64,000 nucleotides of DNA, from assembly GCA_973895155.1 (NCBI GenBank), contig OZ316899.1:5459241-5523240 (forward strand), written 5' to 3'. Both the position numbers and the translations under genes were made by a program. Origin of the DNA: Marsupella aquatica. Taxonomy: Eukaryota; Plantae; Marchantiophyta. The stretch's first letter is position 1. Each line of letters starts with the position of its first letter. Positions 1 through 12,105 of the stretch are shown here, in pieces. Under the pieces are notes generated by a model. The model did no database searches. It was given only the letters and a program-made list of their open reading frames with translations, and was not told the origin of the DNA.

Positions 1-1195
1 GAGCCTTTGTTGTTCAGCAGTTCATTACATCGGTTGTTGAGAGTCAGAGAATCTGGAACAACATTACTTCCCAACGGTTGGCTAATTACACCCTAAAGTG
101 GCGGGAACTGTTACCTAGTGTTACTCCAGTTCTGTTGCTTGCCAAGGACTCCGACACCTTCATCAACAAGTTTCCACGTAACTATCATACCACTTGTTGT
201 AGTTATGAACTGGTTGACATCTACATGCAAGCTAGTAAGGTGAACACTATGTTCCACATGAGACTACTTCCTGTTTTAAATGTTGAACGACAAATCAGGT
301 CTCTTCCTTTTGCTCGACATGATACTCAAGTTATGGATTTCCTTCAAGAAGTGATTCGGACAGAGACATTCAAGAATTTTCACAACATTCAAGAATTTTC
401 AACCACCGGACCAGACAGCACTGCTTCAAGAAGATTGACCTACTCCGTCTTTCAAATCAAGATCAGTTGATCTCTGAAATAGTTAAAGTAGTTAGAAAAG
501 TCTCATACTTTTCCAGGAGGTAGCCCTTACGTAGTAGAACCAACCCTGAAAGTATCGGCTTAAATCGACATGTAGTTTAGAAATTATTAACATTTAAGTT
601 TTGTTGTAGCTTGAGTGCGCAAAGGCGCAACGACGCTACAATGCCAAAGCGCGAAGTCGCAACGCAGCTTCCGACACTTTGAAATTTTTTCGGAAAAATG
701 TGTTTTATATTTAACAACAATTTTCATAGATTTTATTAAGGCACTTAGATACCTCATAAAAGTCTGAAATTTTGCAAGCATGTAGCATGTATGTAAATCT
801 TCCACCTAGAAAAGTTTCACCCTATTCTGACTTTTATGTTAGAAATTAAAATTCAGACAAAGTTGCTATTTGTTAGTTTTATCTCAAAAGTGCAAAAACA
901 CTTCATTCCAGATAACACTAAGGATCATTTTTGATTAGTTTTTGATTCCAGGAGCATTCTAGTGAACCTTGAGTACTCTTATAGCATATTTTCATACTTT
1001 TTACTTTAGTTTATGACCCTTAAGATATGAAAGGGCATGTCCTTTCATTATCTCTTTTTCATTTGGTTCCTGCTAGCCTATATGTAGTTGAATTTTTGTC
1101 ACTTTTAGTGTGAAGAAATTTCATGAGCGCTGAGTTGCAAGATTGCAACTATGTTACCTCCATCTTGTAAAGAGAACTCCATTGCATATGAGTAC

Positions 1196-1353
1196 TGTTG
1201 TAACCTGAGTTAACTAGACCATAGATAAGGTTAACTAGGATTACACCTACTCAGGTTAGGTCACACTAACTGCCTAACCACCAGGCTATTGGAAAACCTA
1301 TATGTAAGGATATGGAAGGGAATGGAAATACAGTTGTTCAATCTATCACAACA
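1196..1353 (+). repeat. 5' LTR of copia-1
   Basis: Direct repeat of 7305-7462, TGTTG...CAACA. Confidence 0.96.
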
Positions 1354-1367
1354 CGTTATCAGCACGA
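1354..1367 (+). promoter_or_regulatory. Primer-binding site (CGTTATCAGCACGA, half-tRNA-iMet type)
   Basis: Immediately follows the 5' LTR; same motif follows the 5' LTR of copia-2 (10531-10545, minus). Confidence 0.8.
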
Positions 1368-1691
1368 TGCTGATTTGAATCAATTTTTTTAAAAATCATC
1401 CCTCTTTCTTCTTTTGAGATAGACTGGCAACCTTTTAGGAAAGGATTTATGGCAGGCGAAGGTGCAACGGTGGTCAGATCAATCAAAGGGGATGGAAGGT
1501 TATAAATCAAAATTACACATGAAACAAATTGGACAATTGAGATAAGAAATTACAATTCACCAACTACAATTTTCAATTCCATTTCCTCTTTCTCAAATTT
1601 CAACAATTGAATGAAATTGAGATTGGACACCCAAATACAATTGCAACCTTGTGCTTACCAATAAGAAATTATACCACTAGAATCTAGCAAT

Positions 1692-4600
1692 ATGTCAAAG
1701 AATTCTATGGAGAAACTCTTATTTCAACCACTCAGCATCGATGGTGCCAACTATTTGTCTTGGACGCTCGATGCTGAAGCTCATCTAACTTCAAAGAATC
1801 TACAGGATACAGTAATAACTTACAATGGCCAAACACTTCAGCAAAAAGCGCAGGCATTGATACTAATTCAACACCATTTGAGTGACTCTATGAAGCGACA
1901 ATACATGAACGAATATAATCCGAGAGTCCTTTGGGACGCACTTCAATCACGCTTCGACCACACACGCACCATACACCTGCCTGCGGCCAGACACGATTGG
2001 ATAAATCTCCGGGTTTAGGACCATAAAACAATCGCGGATTACAATTGTGAATTATTTCGGATTGTATCCCAATTGGCCATATGTGGCCACCCCGTTAATG
2101 ATGATGAACAGATTGAGAAAATGCTCTCTACCCTTCACTCTACAAATCTTATTCTCTCTACCCAATATCGCAATATGCGATTCACACAATATTCCGAGTT
2201 GATTGCCCATATGTTCCTGGCTGAAAAGCACCAGCTATTGCTATTACAGAATTCCCAAAAACGACCCCCTGGAACTCTCCCTCCAGTCACAAATTCAGAA
2301 TCCCACTACGTTACAGCCCAAAGGGGAGAGGGCTCATCTTATCATGGTCGAGGTAGTTTCAGGGGGAGAAACACATACAGAGGCCGAGGTAGCTCTTTCA
2401 AAGGACGCCGAGGCAGAAGCAACAACTTCAGAGGCAGATCCAGGGGAAGATACCAAAACACCGGCGATAACTTCAGAAACAATTGGCAGCAAGGCAACTA
2501 TCAACCCCGAGCGAGGACAAATCAACAGCAAAGCACTCAAAGAGATAAATACGAAAACCCCTCTACCTATTTTCGTTGTGGCACTAAAGGCCACATTCAA
2601 AAATTCTGCCGTACACCTGCACACCTGGTGCAACTATATAAGAAGAGCACTGCACAAAATGAACCTGAGACCTATGGGACTTTCCTAGAATCCACAAAAA
2701 TTATACCAACTATAAACATGGTCATATCAAAGACCACACCTGATTCTAGTATCAAAGAAAAATTTTCCCAATGCATAGTCGACAGTGGTACATCGCATTC
2801 CATTTTAAGCATAAGGAATACTTTAAGCAAATTATACCATCCCAAAGAAAACTTGCAACGATTATGGGCCAGCATCAATTGGAAGAGGGATTTGGACCAG
2901 CATTGGTCACCCTACCCCGTGGGACGATAATTCATGTGGAGTCTGCAATATACGCCCCAAAGGCAACCAGAAACTTACTAAGCTTTGGGGATATCCGTGC
3001 TAACAAACTGCATATTAAGATGGGCACTCAACAAGGACGGGAAGTCTTGTACATCACCTCGGGGGAACCAACAAATACCAAGATCAGAGAGATCGTGAGA
3101 GCATCACCCCCCCGGTTGTTACACTACTGAATTCCACAGCTTCTACACTGGAACACCCCAAGGCACACTTACCGAGATCTGGCACAGGAGACTGGGCCAC
3201 CCTGGAACAACAATGTTCCAGAAACTGATTAGAGAAACCCTGGGCATACCGGAAATGGTCCACCCCACGTCCATGAAAGCTCCTTGTTTAGCTTGCTCAC
3301 AGGGCAAGCTCATAATCCAACCCTCACCACCTACAACTGAGCGCCAAATCCCCCACTTCCTGGAGCGCATACACGCTGACGTATGCGGGCCAATTGACCC
3401 TCCAAGTGGCCCATTCCGATTTTTCCTAGCAGTCATAAACGCATCAACAAAATGGAGTCAGATATCCTTACTATCTACACGAAACCTGGTATTCTCCAGA
3501 CTCCTTGCCCACATACTAAAATTGAGAGTTGAATTCCCTAAAAACCAAATTAAAACACTGAGAGTAGATAACGCTGGCGAATTTACCTCTAGGATGTTTG
3601 AAGATTTTTACCAGGCCACGGGCATTGATGTCCAGTACCCAGTACCCCATGTCCATTTTCAGAATGGAATAGCCGAATCCTTGATTAAACGACTGCAGCT
3701 CATTGCCAGACCCCTACTAATGCAGACAAACTTACCAACAGCTGCTTGGGGTCATGCCATTCTCCACTCTGCTGCACTACTCAATTATAGACCATCATCT
3801 TTTAATTCCTCTACCCCACATCACCTAGCACTGGGGACCATACCAAATGTCTCTCACCTGAGAACGTTTGGCTGTAAAGTAATGGTGCCCATCCTGGGAC
3901 CTAAGAGAACTAAGATGGGACCCCAGAGACACCCAGGAATATACATAGGTTTTGACTCAGCTTCAATCATCGAATATATGGAGCCTACAACATCCGATGT
4001 CTTCAAAGCACGCTTTGCAGATTGCCACTTCTACGAAGATATTTTTCCCAGCCTACATATGAAGCAACTTGACACAGAGAAAACCTCCCAACTTACTTGG
4101 CAAATTGATGTCGGCTTCTGGAACGACCCAAGGGATAGTCATGCGGACACTGAAGTACAACAAATCTTACACCTAGCAAGGATGGCAGAACACCTACCAG
4201 ACTCCTTCGCAGATGCCGCCCAGGTGACACGCTCCCATATCCCAGCAGCAAACGCCCCATCCAGAATACAAATGGAGACCCCACCAGCATCAACAACAGC
4301 CCCGAAAGCAAAGAGAGGCCGCCCACTGGGATCTGTCAACAAGCAACCAAGACAGCGTAGAGCTGCCCCAGCACCTACACCCAGCCCATCAACCAGGGAT
4401 CCAACTACAAGTCAACCAAATGTACCAGAAGACAATGCAGAGATATCAATCAACTATGGAAGAACCGGACATGTATGGGACAGAGAGCACACTACAATAG
4501 ATGAACAATTCGCATTCCACATAGCACAGCAGATCAAAGACAAACTGCCTGACCCTCGAACAATCAAAGAAGCTGAGGTCCAACCTGACTGGCCTGAATG

Positions 4601-6354
4601 GGAACCGGCCATCCATTTAGAACTGGACTCATTAATAGCCCGCCAGGTATTTTGGCCCAATCACAATAGCAGAACCTGAAGTACATCTCACAGGGTATAA
4701 ATGGACCCTCGTAAAGAAAAGAAATGCAAAAGGCGAGGTAACAAGACACAAGGCCAGACTGGTGGCTCGGGGATTCACTCAAGTCCCGGGCAGAGACTAC
4801 GACCTCACATACTCGCCGGTAATGGATGTCATTACCTACAGGTACCTGATTACATTTTCACAACGCCACCACTTATCCATGCATCAAATGGATATTGTGA
4901 TAGCGTATTTATATGGACACTTAGACAAAGTTATATACATGGAGGCCCCTCCAGAATTGGTGAAACGAGTCGAATACCACAGCAAAGGGAAACAAATCGA
5001 TAAAGCAGCAACTCCGAACCAGCCGGAAATATTTGAGCATACCAATTCAGCAATACTCCACAAGACTGCAGCAAAGATAGCCCTTAAAGTCCCTATACAG
5101 AATCAAAGAGACATCACCAGGAGAACTCGATTTGCAGTACAGGTGTTAAGATCACTGTATGGCCTTAAGCAAAGTGGCCTGACATGGTACAAACAATTTA
5201 AGGCCGAGATGCAGGCTATGGGATTTAAGAATGCAGACATAGCACCCTGCTTATTCCTGAAGCGGGAGAACAAGGAATTTATTATAGTAGCCATCTATGT
5301 GGACGATTTGAACCTGTTCGGAACTAAAAAGATTCTGACTGAAACTATTACACTATTGAAAAAGGCCTTCGAGATGCGCGACCTAGACCAGACTTCTTTC
5401 TGCCTAGGCCTGCAATTTGAGCACCTGCACAATGGCATTTTACTACATCAGTCCACATACATCAAAAAGATTCTAAGGCAATTTAACATGGACAAAGCCA
5501 CTGCAGTCAGATCTCCCATGGACATCCGCTCACTTGATAAAGAAAAGGATCTCTTCCGGAAGAAAAGCGAGATGGAGCCACTACTTGGCCCAGAAAAGCC
5601 ATACCTATTTGCTATAGGTGTCCTGATGTTCCTTTCGAACCAGACAAGGCCTGACATAGCCTTCGCAATAAACCTACTGGCATGCCATAGTGCCAAGCCG
5701 ACTATTCGGCATTGGAATGGCATAAAGCGTATTTTCCGCTACCTAGCAGGTACCATAGATCTGGGAGTATTTTACCCATCAGATGCTAAATACTTACTCA
5801 CTGGGTATGCTGATGCAGGTTACCTTTCAGACCCTGAGGATGCAAAGTCTCAGACCGGATACGTTTTCTTGATGGGCGAGATAGCAATTTCATGGCGAAG
5901 TTGCAAGCAAACATTAACTACTACATCATCCAACCACTCCGAGATAATAGCTCTCTACGAATCAAGTAGGGAGTGTATCTGGCTATGCAACGTTATCAAT
6001 CACATTCATGAGAATACAGGCATACCTACACTATCAACACAAATGGAAATTCACAAAGATAACAGAGCATGCGTTGAACAAATTCAAGCAGGCTTTATCA
6101 AGGGAGACAGAACCAAACACATTGCTCCTAAGTTCTTTTTCACGCATGAACAGCAAGGAAGTAGTATTCAAGTTAAATGGATACAAAACTCACAGAACAT
6201 TGCTAACATGTTTACAAAATCCCTACCTCCTGCATTGCATAAACAACATGCAATCTTAGTAGGTCTACGGACCTTAACTGAACTACAAATTAAACACAAT
6301 TATACTTACAGTGGAAATGCTCGTTTTTTGCTCAGGGGGAGACCCAATCTGTAG
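1692..6354 (+). pseudogene. copia gag-pol polyprotein (gag, zinc knuckle remnant, protease, integrase, RT, RNase H) with stop/frameshifts
   Basis: ORFs 1692-2018, 2073-2930 (FRCGTKGHIQKFC; IVDSGT protease), 2771-3130, 3213-4679 (HADVCGP, RVDNAGEF, NGIAE), 4762-6354 (SLYGLKQ, YVDD, YADAGY). Confidence 0.95.
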
Positions 6355-7295
6355 GCTACACCGCGAAGCTTGGACCAGCTCAACTCGAACAGATCTCAAA
6401 CAAAGATCACAGCAGACATGCTTATGGCAATCAGGGAGAGATCCGAACCCTCAAACAAACAGCCATTCAAACCTCAAGAATAGTATTCTTTACAAAATTT
6501 TACCTTCGATAACAGAGGGAGAAATGCAACCCAGCTCACCACCAACTACTTTCCGGATCGATGCTGCTGACTCACTTGAGAAGACAAACACCGAAGCCAG
6601 ACTAATTCAAAGAATTGACAACATCAGGGGGAGCATTCAATCACTCGTTCAAAGATAGTAACATTCTGGAGCAAAACGGCAGCTACATCAACACGACGCA
6701 AAGAATGACTATAAGAGAGCCACAAAAATAAATGACAATGTCAGGGGAAGCAATACGAAACCTCATCTGTAAAACAGCCAGGAACAAATCCCACTAGCTA
6801 CAGTTCGCCACATCCACTTCCCGACACTTCAATCGCGCAGAAGAGAATCGATCAGAGAAGAATTCCCCGACATTAGCAAGAACGACCACCAACAATGCAG
6901 TTACAAACACCCCCAAGCCCACTCCATGCGAGACGATCTTCATAGTGCAGCAGCCAACACCAATTGCACACCACTACCATCGCCAAGAATCACAGCGCAA
7001 GATATCCGCTCCTCCACGAATTACCAAGCGGGACCACAATGAGATTTTTAGGTCTTTACAAGTTACGATAACTTTACATTGTATAAGACTCTACTAACTC
7101 AATTACTCATAAATTAACCAAAATTATAAGGTTTTTAAGGATGGAATGGTAACACTCTTTCCCCCCAGCAAGAAAGGAGGGGGGGTTTTAATGAGGTTAC
7201 ATTCCCCCCAACCAATAAACCTTAGAATAAACATTTCACAATTAGAGTAGGCTAGAAGTGGGTGCAACAATCCTCCCCGAAATCCTGTTACACCC

Positions 7296-7304
7296 AAGGG
7301 GGAG
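7296..7304 (+). promoter_or_regulatory. Polypurine tract of copia-1
   Basis: AAGGGGGAG directly before the 3' LTR. Confidence 0.85.
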
Positions 7305-7462
7305 TGTTGTAACCTGAGTTAACTAGACCATAGATAAGGTTAACTAGGATTACGCCTACTCAGGTTAGGTCACGCTAACTGCCTAACCACCAGGCTATTG
7401 GAAAGCCTATATGTAAGGATATGGAAGGGAATGGAAATACAGTTGTTCAATCTATCACAACA
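7305..7462 (+). repeat. 3' LTR of copia-1
   Basis: Direct repeat of 1196-1353 followed by TSD AGTAC. Confidence 0.96.
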
Positions 7463-8469
7463 AGTACTTAATACAAAAGATTTTTTCCCCCTTCAAGTCT
7501 GAATGGATGAGAAGTTTGGACCCTTGAAGTGAAATTATTGTGAATGTTAAATTTTTGGTATATGTGGAAATAGATTCCTTGTTGGTGATGTTTCACATAT
7601 TCCTTAGTTCTTGATGCATAGTTGTTGGCATTGCCTTGCTTGAGCACGGGATGCTAAGAAGGATTACTTACCAATGACTTATGACTTCAAATTTGATGAT
7701 GATGGTGTCTCTTATTCGTGACACAAAGTACCGATTGGATACAAAAGTGATTGATTACTAGTCTCCACTCAGTACCTTGGAAGGAAAAGTTGAGACATGT
7801 TGACGGCATTTTAGTGATCATCCTAGTATAAGAATCATTTCCAAAAATGTTTCTTACAGATATACCACCTAAATCACATCAAATGAAGTTATGTTGAGGA
7901 GTCACCTTGGTTGTTTCCAAACTCCCTCACCATACCTCAAGATTTTTATTGTGTTTTGTTAATTGATTCCATTTTGTTATTTTATTTACAATGTTAAGCA
8001 AACATTTAAAACTATGCCTTGCTGAGCAACCATAGTAAAAGGCTCATCTTTGTGTTTTGTTATCTTACTCATTCATAAGTGCTAAATCATAGAAAATCAT
8101 TCTTACATGTTCTTTTATGGGAACGAATACCGTGTTTTGGATCTTAAATGTTTATTTATGTCCCTAGTGTGATACTACATGATTGGCTTGGGTTGCTTGT
8201 GTATCAACCTCATTGGCCACCTAGCTCATCCATCCATTGAATTTCCAAGTCAAGCTTCTCCCCAATCCTCTTTTGTTTGTCTGCAACTTGTTGTAATTTG
8301 GTCTTAGCCTCTTCTAGTTCATTTTTGAATTTATTTTTCTTTTCTGAATTTTTAATTTTTTTAGCCAGCGCCCGGCGCTGGTAATGCTAGCGCCCAAAGC
8401 TAGCCAAAAAATGTTTTTTTTTTAATTTTGTTTGGAAAATGTGATTTTTTTGAAAATATTTTTTGATTG

Positions 8470-10691
8470 TGTTAAACATCACAAAAACACCAACTGTTTT
8501 ACTCATCCAATTCCTTCATATACATAGTTGGTTGTCTAGGTGGTTGGTTGTATAACCGTCATGGGTTAGGGGTTTAGTCCTAACCTTAGGTAGACTTGTT
8601 CTAGGAGTCCATTTGTATCCGGTGAGGTGAGTATCAGGAGTTACTGGCATTATTGGTCCGAATACTTGTCGGGAAATCAAGGAGTCCAGTTCTGAATTGA
8701 CTGCCTTCTGCCAGTCTTGCCAATCAGGTTGTTTTCTCGCTTCTGTTATGGTTAAGGGATCAGGTGAGTCCTCCATCATTGTTGTTGATAATTGGAATTC
8801 GAATGTGTTGTCTGGTATTGTGGTGGGTCTATAGTGGATTTTGCCTGTGTAATTGTAGTTAATGGCTATTTCTTCGTTCTCTGTTGGGGTGGTCTGTTGG
8901 GCCCTCCTCTGGCGAGGGTGTTTATCCACAGCTCCAGGAGGTCTTCCTCTTTTCTTGCGTGGTTCAATGCTTGTGGCTGGCTGGTGGTCCATATTTATTC
9001 TAGATGGTGCGTTGGTAGCTGGGTTATGGGATCTGGTCACTTTGGCAACATCCGCGAATGCATCGGGTAATTCTTCCATTACTCGAGTGAGGTGTAGTAT
9101 TCATTGTACCTCTGTATCTGTTTGGGAAGTTCTGGGGTCGTTCCAGAATTGGGAGTTGATTTGCCAGGCTAGTAGTTTAGTTGCAGGTTCTGATGTTTTT
9201 GGTGTGGTGTTTAAGGCTGGGAATACTGTCTCATAGAAGTGGCAACCAGCGAATCTAGCTTGACATACTTCAGCAGTTGTAGGTTCTAGGTATCTGATAA
9301 TGGATGTGGAGTCAAAACCTATGTTGATCCCCTTTTGTCTCTGGGGTCCCAGTTTAGTCCTCTTGGGTCCCATTATGGGAACCAAGGCCTGGCAACCAAA
9401 TGTTTGAAGGTGTGCCAGGTTGGGTGAGGTGCCAAATGCAAGGTGGTATGGGGAGCTCGTATTAAAAGTAGATGGCCTGTATCTGAGGAGTGCAGCAGCG
9501 TGGAGGATGGCGTGGCCCCAGGCAGAAGGTGGGAGACTGGTTTGCATAAGGAGTGGTCAAGCTATTGTCTGTAGACGTTTAATGAGGGATTCTGCAATCC
9601 CGTTTTGGAAATGAACGTAGGCTACAGGGTATTCAACTTCAATCCCAGATGCAATGCAGAAGTCGTTGAATGTCTGTGATGTGAATTCTTCTGCATTGTC
9701 TACTCTTAATGTTTTGATGGGGTGGTCGGGAAATTATGCTTTTAGGCGCAGGATGTGGGCTAAGAGTCGGGAGAAGACTAAGTTGCGTGTTGATAGGAGG
9801 GAGACCTGGGACCATTTTGATGAGGCGTCAATGGTAGCTAAGAAGAATTTGAAGGGTCCGCTTGGGGGATCGACAGGGCCGCATACATCCGCATGTATTT
9901 GCTTGAGGAATTTGGGGATATTTTTGTCTGTTGTGGATGGGGAAGGTCTCATTGTGAGTTTTCCCTGTGACCATGCAAGGCAAGGAGATCGCATGGAGGT
10001 TGGGTGTACTGAGGTGGGTATTCCTTGCGTGTCTTTGAGGATCTTATGGAACATCTGTGTGCCTGGGTGTCCCAGGCGACGATGCCATGTTTCGGTTATA
10101 GTCTGTGTGGGGGTCTCAGTGTAAAAGGTGTGGATTCTAATGGCATAGAATCCCAATGGAAAAGCTATCAGGGTCTCTTTTATTTCTATGCCATTCTTGG
10201 TCTTTGCCACGATGTGTAATACTTCTTGGGATTCGTGGATGCTGGTGTGGATGATTGTGTAGATCCATCTCTGCTCAGCGATATGTTGTGATGTGTAACG
10301 TTTGGCAGATGAATCTGCCTCAGATTGTAATAATTGGAATTTGTTGAATTGTTGTCAAGAATGTATGTTGATCATCTACGATCATCTTCCTTTCGTCAAA
10401 TCGTGAGTGGATAGGAGGAGAATCGGAAAAAAAACTTTGGTCTGGAATTTTGGTCTTCAAATTGAAATCAAAATTGGAATTGGGATCGGTCTGCACTGGT
10501 GGGTCGGGGAAGAAAAATCTCAAGAGCACACTCGTGCTGATAACATGTTAAACATCACAATAACACCAACTGTTTTACTCATCCAATTCCTTCATATACA
10601 TAGTTGGTTGTCTAGGTGGTTGGTTGTATAACCGTCATGGGTTAGGGGTTTAGTCCTAACCTTAGGTAGACTTGTTCTAGGGGTTACAATA
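8470..10691 (-). mobile_element. Internally deleted Ty1/copia (Bianca-like) element, copia-2
   Basis: LTRs 10546-10691 and 8470-~8605 (inner end clipped); TSD GATTG (8465-8469, 10692-10696); PBS 10531-10545; integrase ORF fragments 8516-10210 similar to copia-1; gag/PR and RT/RH deleted. Confidence 0.92.
8606..10230 (-). pseudogene. copia integrase region fragment
   Basis: WHRRLGHPG, HADVCGPVDPPSGPFKFF, RTKLGPQR motifs across ORFs 9734-10210, 9101-9547, 8516-9079. Confidence 0.92.
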
Positions 10692-11510
10692 GATTGTCAT
10701 TTTTCCTGGTAATAGTAATTTTTTGCTGGTAATAGGAAAATTTTTACTGGTACCAGGAAAACTGTTTCCTGTTTTCTGTCACGGGTGCCATACCCTCCCC
10801 AATCCTCTTTTGTTTGTCCGCAACTTGTTGTAATTTGGTCTTAGCCTCTTCTAGTTCATTTTTTAGCTGATGACATCCCTCGCTTCATCCTTCCACCTTC
10901 CCTTCTCCCCCATCCACTTGGCCCGTTTTACGTCAAAATGGGCCTTAGCAACAATTGCTACCCATGCTTCCTCCTTTAAGGTAGCAATACGCTTGGCAAT
11001 ACATCCACCAATGGTTTGATGACTACCTCATTTTCCTTGGCCAAGGTCACCTATGATTTTGCAACCTGATGCTCTTGTGTATCTTTCAGCTGGTTCATTT
11101 GTTAATATAGATTGGCAACCTTCCCCTTCTCCATTGCCAATAAATCCTTCTGCTTTTTAACCAAATGGTCAACTTTGTTCTTCCAATTGGCCCGGTGCTT
11201 CTTCAACTCCCTAATCTCAGCACCCATGTTATTTATTGCCTCTGACTTGCACCTATTATTGTCCAACCACATCATCAAATCCTCCCAAAGATTTAGAGGT
11301 GTTGGGACCCTCAAATTGACCAGCGTTGCTCTCTTTGTACATAGCTCATCCAAAGCATTTACAACTTTTCTCCATTGGCCTGCTTATCGGCCATCTCCCT
11401 AAGGCTCCTGATAGCTCTAACTTCTTCTTTTGCTCTACATTGTACAGGACCATGAGCCTACTATGCTCTGCCATGCACTTGTACTCTAAGGGAAATCAGC
11501 CTATTCATTA

Positions 11511-11856
11511 AAAGTGTATTATTATTTGATTTATGTACATTTGGGCAATGAAAAGTGTACTTTTGGGCTTGGAAAAGTGTACATTTGGCCAATGAAAAAT
11601 GTACATTTGGGGATAGAAAAATGTACAATTGGCCCAAAGAGTGTACATTTGGGCAATGAAAAGTGTAAATTTGAACATCAAAATAGGTACATTTGGCTTT
11701 AAAAGTGTACATTTGAGTACATTTGGCCTAGAAAGTGTACATTTGAGTGAAAAATGCATACATTTGGCTTAAAAAGTGTACATTTAAGTGCATTTGGTCT
11801 AGAAAGTGTAACTTGTAGTGCAACAAAGTGTACATTTGGCCTAGTGTACATTTGCC
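11511..11856. repeat. Left subterminal array of AAA(G/T)GTACATTT near-palindromes
   Basis: More than a dozen copies of (aaa)gtgtacattt/atgtacattt; three more at 24360-24418 at the right end; probable transposase-binding sites. Confidence 0.85.
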
Positions 11857-12105
11857 TACCAACTCTTCTTATAATCATTTAAAAGAAAGAAATGAATAGA
11901 AAAATATTTTTAATTATGTAGAAAAAGCAAACATTCATATTCATAATGATCAAAAGTTTAGAAAATGAGGAGATAGTATCAAATTAAAACTATTAGAATA
12001 GTAAATAACCAGTACGTAAATTACTATGTTTGAATGAGTGACTATCTTAGTTACATAAAAACTAGTAACTATCTATTTAATTATTATAGCTTCTAACAAC
12101 TAAGT

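Larger units (their letters stand above)
1196..7462 (+). mobile_element. Full-length Ty1/copia LTR retrotransposon (Bianca-like), coding region disrupted
   Basis: 158-bp LTRs TG...CA (1196-1353, 7305-7462) differing at 3 positions; perfect 5-bp TSD AGTAC (1191-1195, 7463-7467); PBS and PPT present; gag-PR-INT-RT-RH order; HADVCGP..PPSGPFRFF integrase and HIAPKFFFTHE RNase H motifs plus TTATCAGCACG PBS are typical of Bianca. Confidence 0.96.
8327..10795 (-). mobile_element. One-ended MULE-family MITE remnant, interrupted by copia-2
   Basis: 8327-8469 plus 10692-10795 is the reverse complement of the MITE at 25001-25210; terminus CACGGGTGCCATACCC at 10780-10795; contains palindrome CCAGCGCCCGGCGCTGG (8365-8381). 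Confidence 0.85.

Noticed and set aside
78-470. 130-aa ORF at window start
   Set aside because: Non-ATG start and no recognisable motif; cannot assign.
6311-6658. env-like extra ORF in copia-1
   Set aside because: Short, no transmembrane segment or recognisable similarity.
10870-11490. Coiled-coil ORF fragments (continuing at 24490-24990) as a host gene
   Set aside because: Multiple stops and no motif; probably older TE-derived sequence that served as the insertion target.
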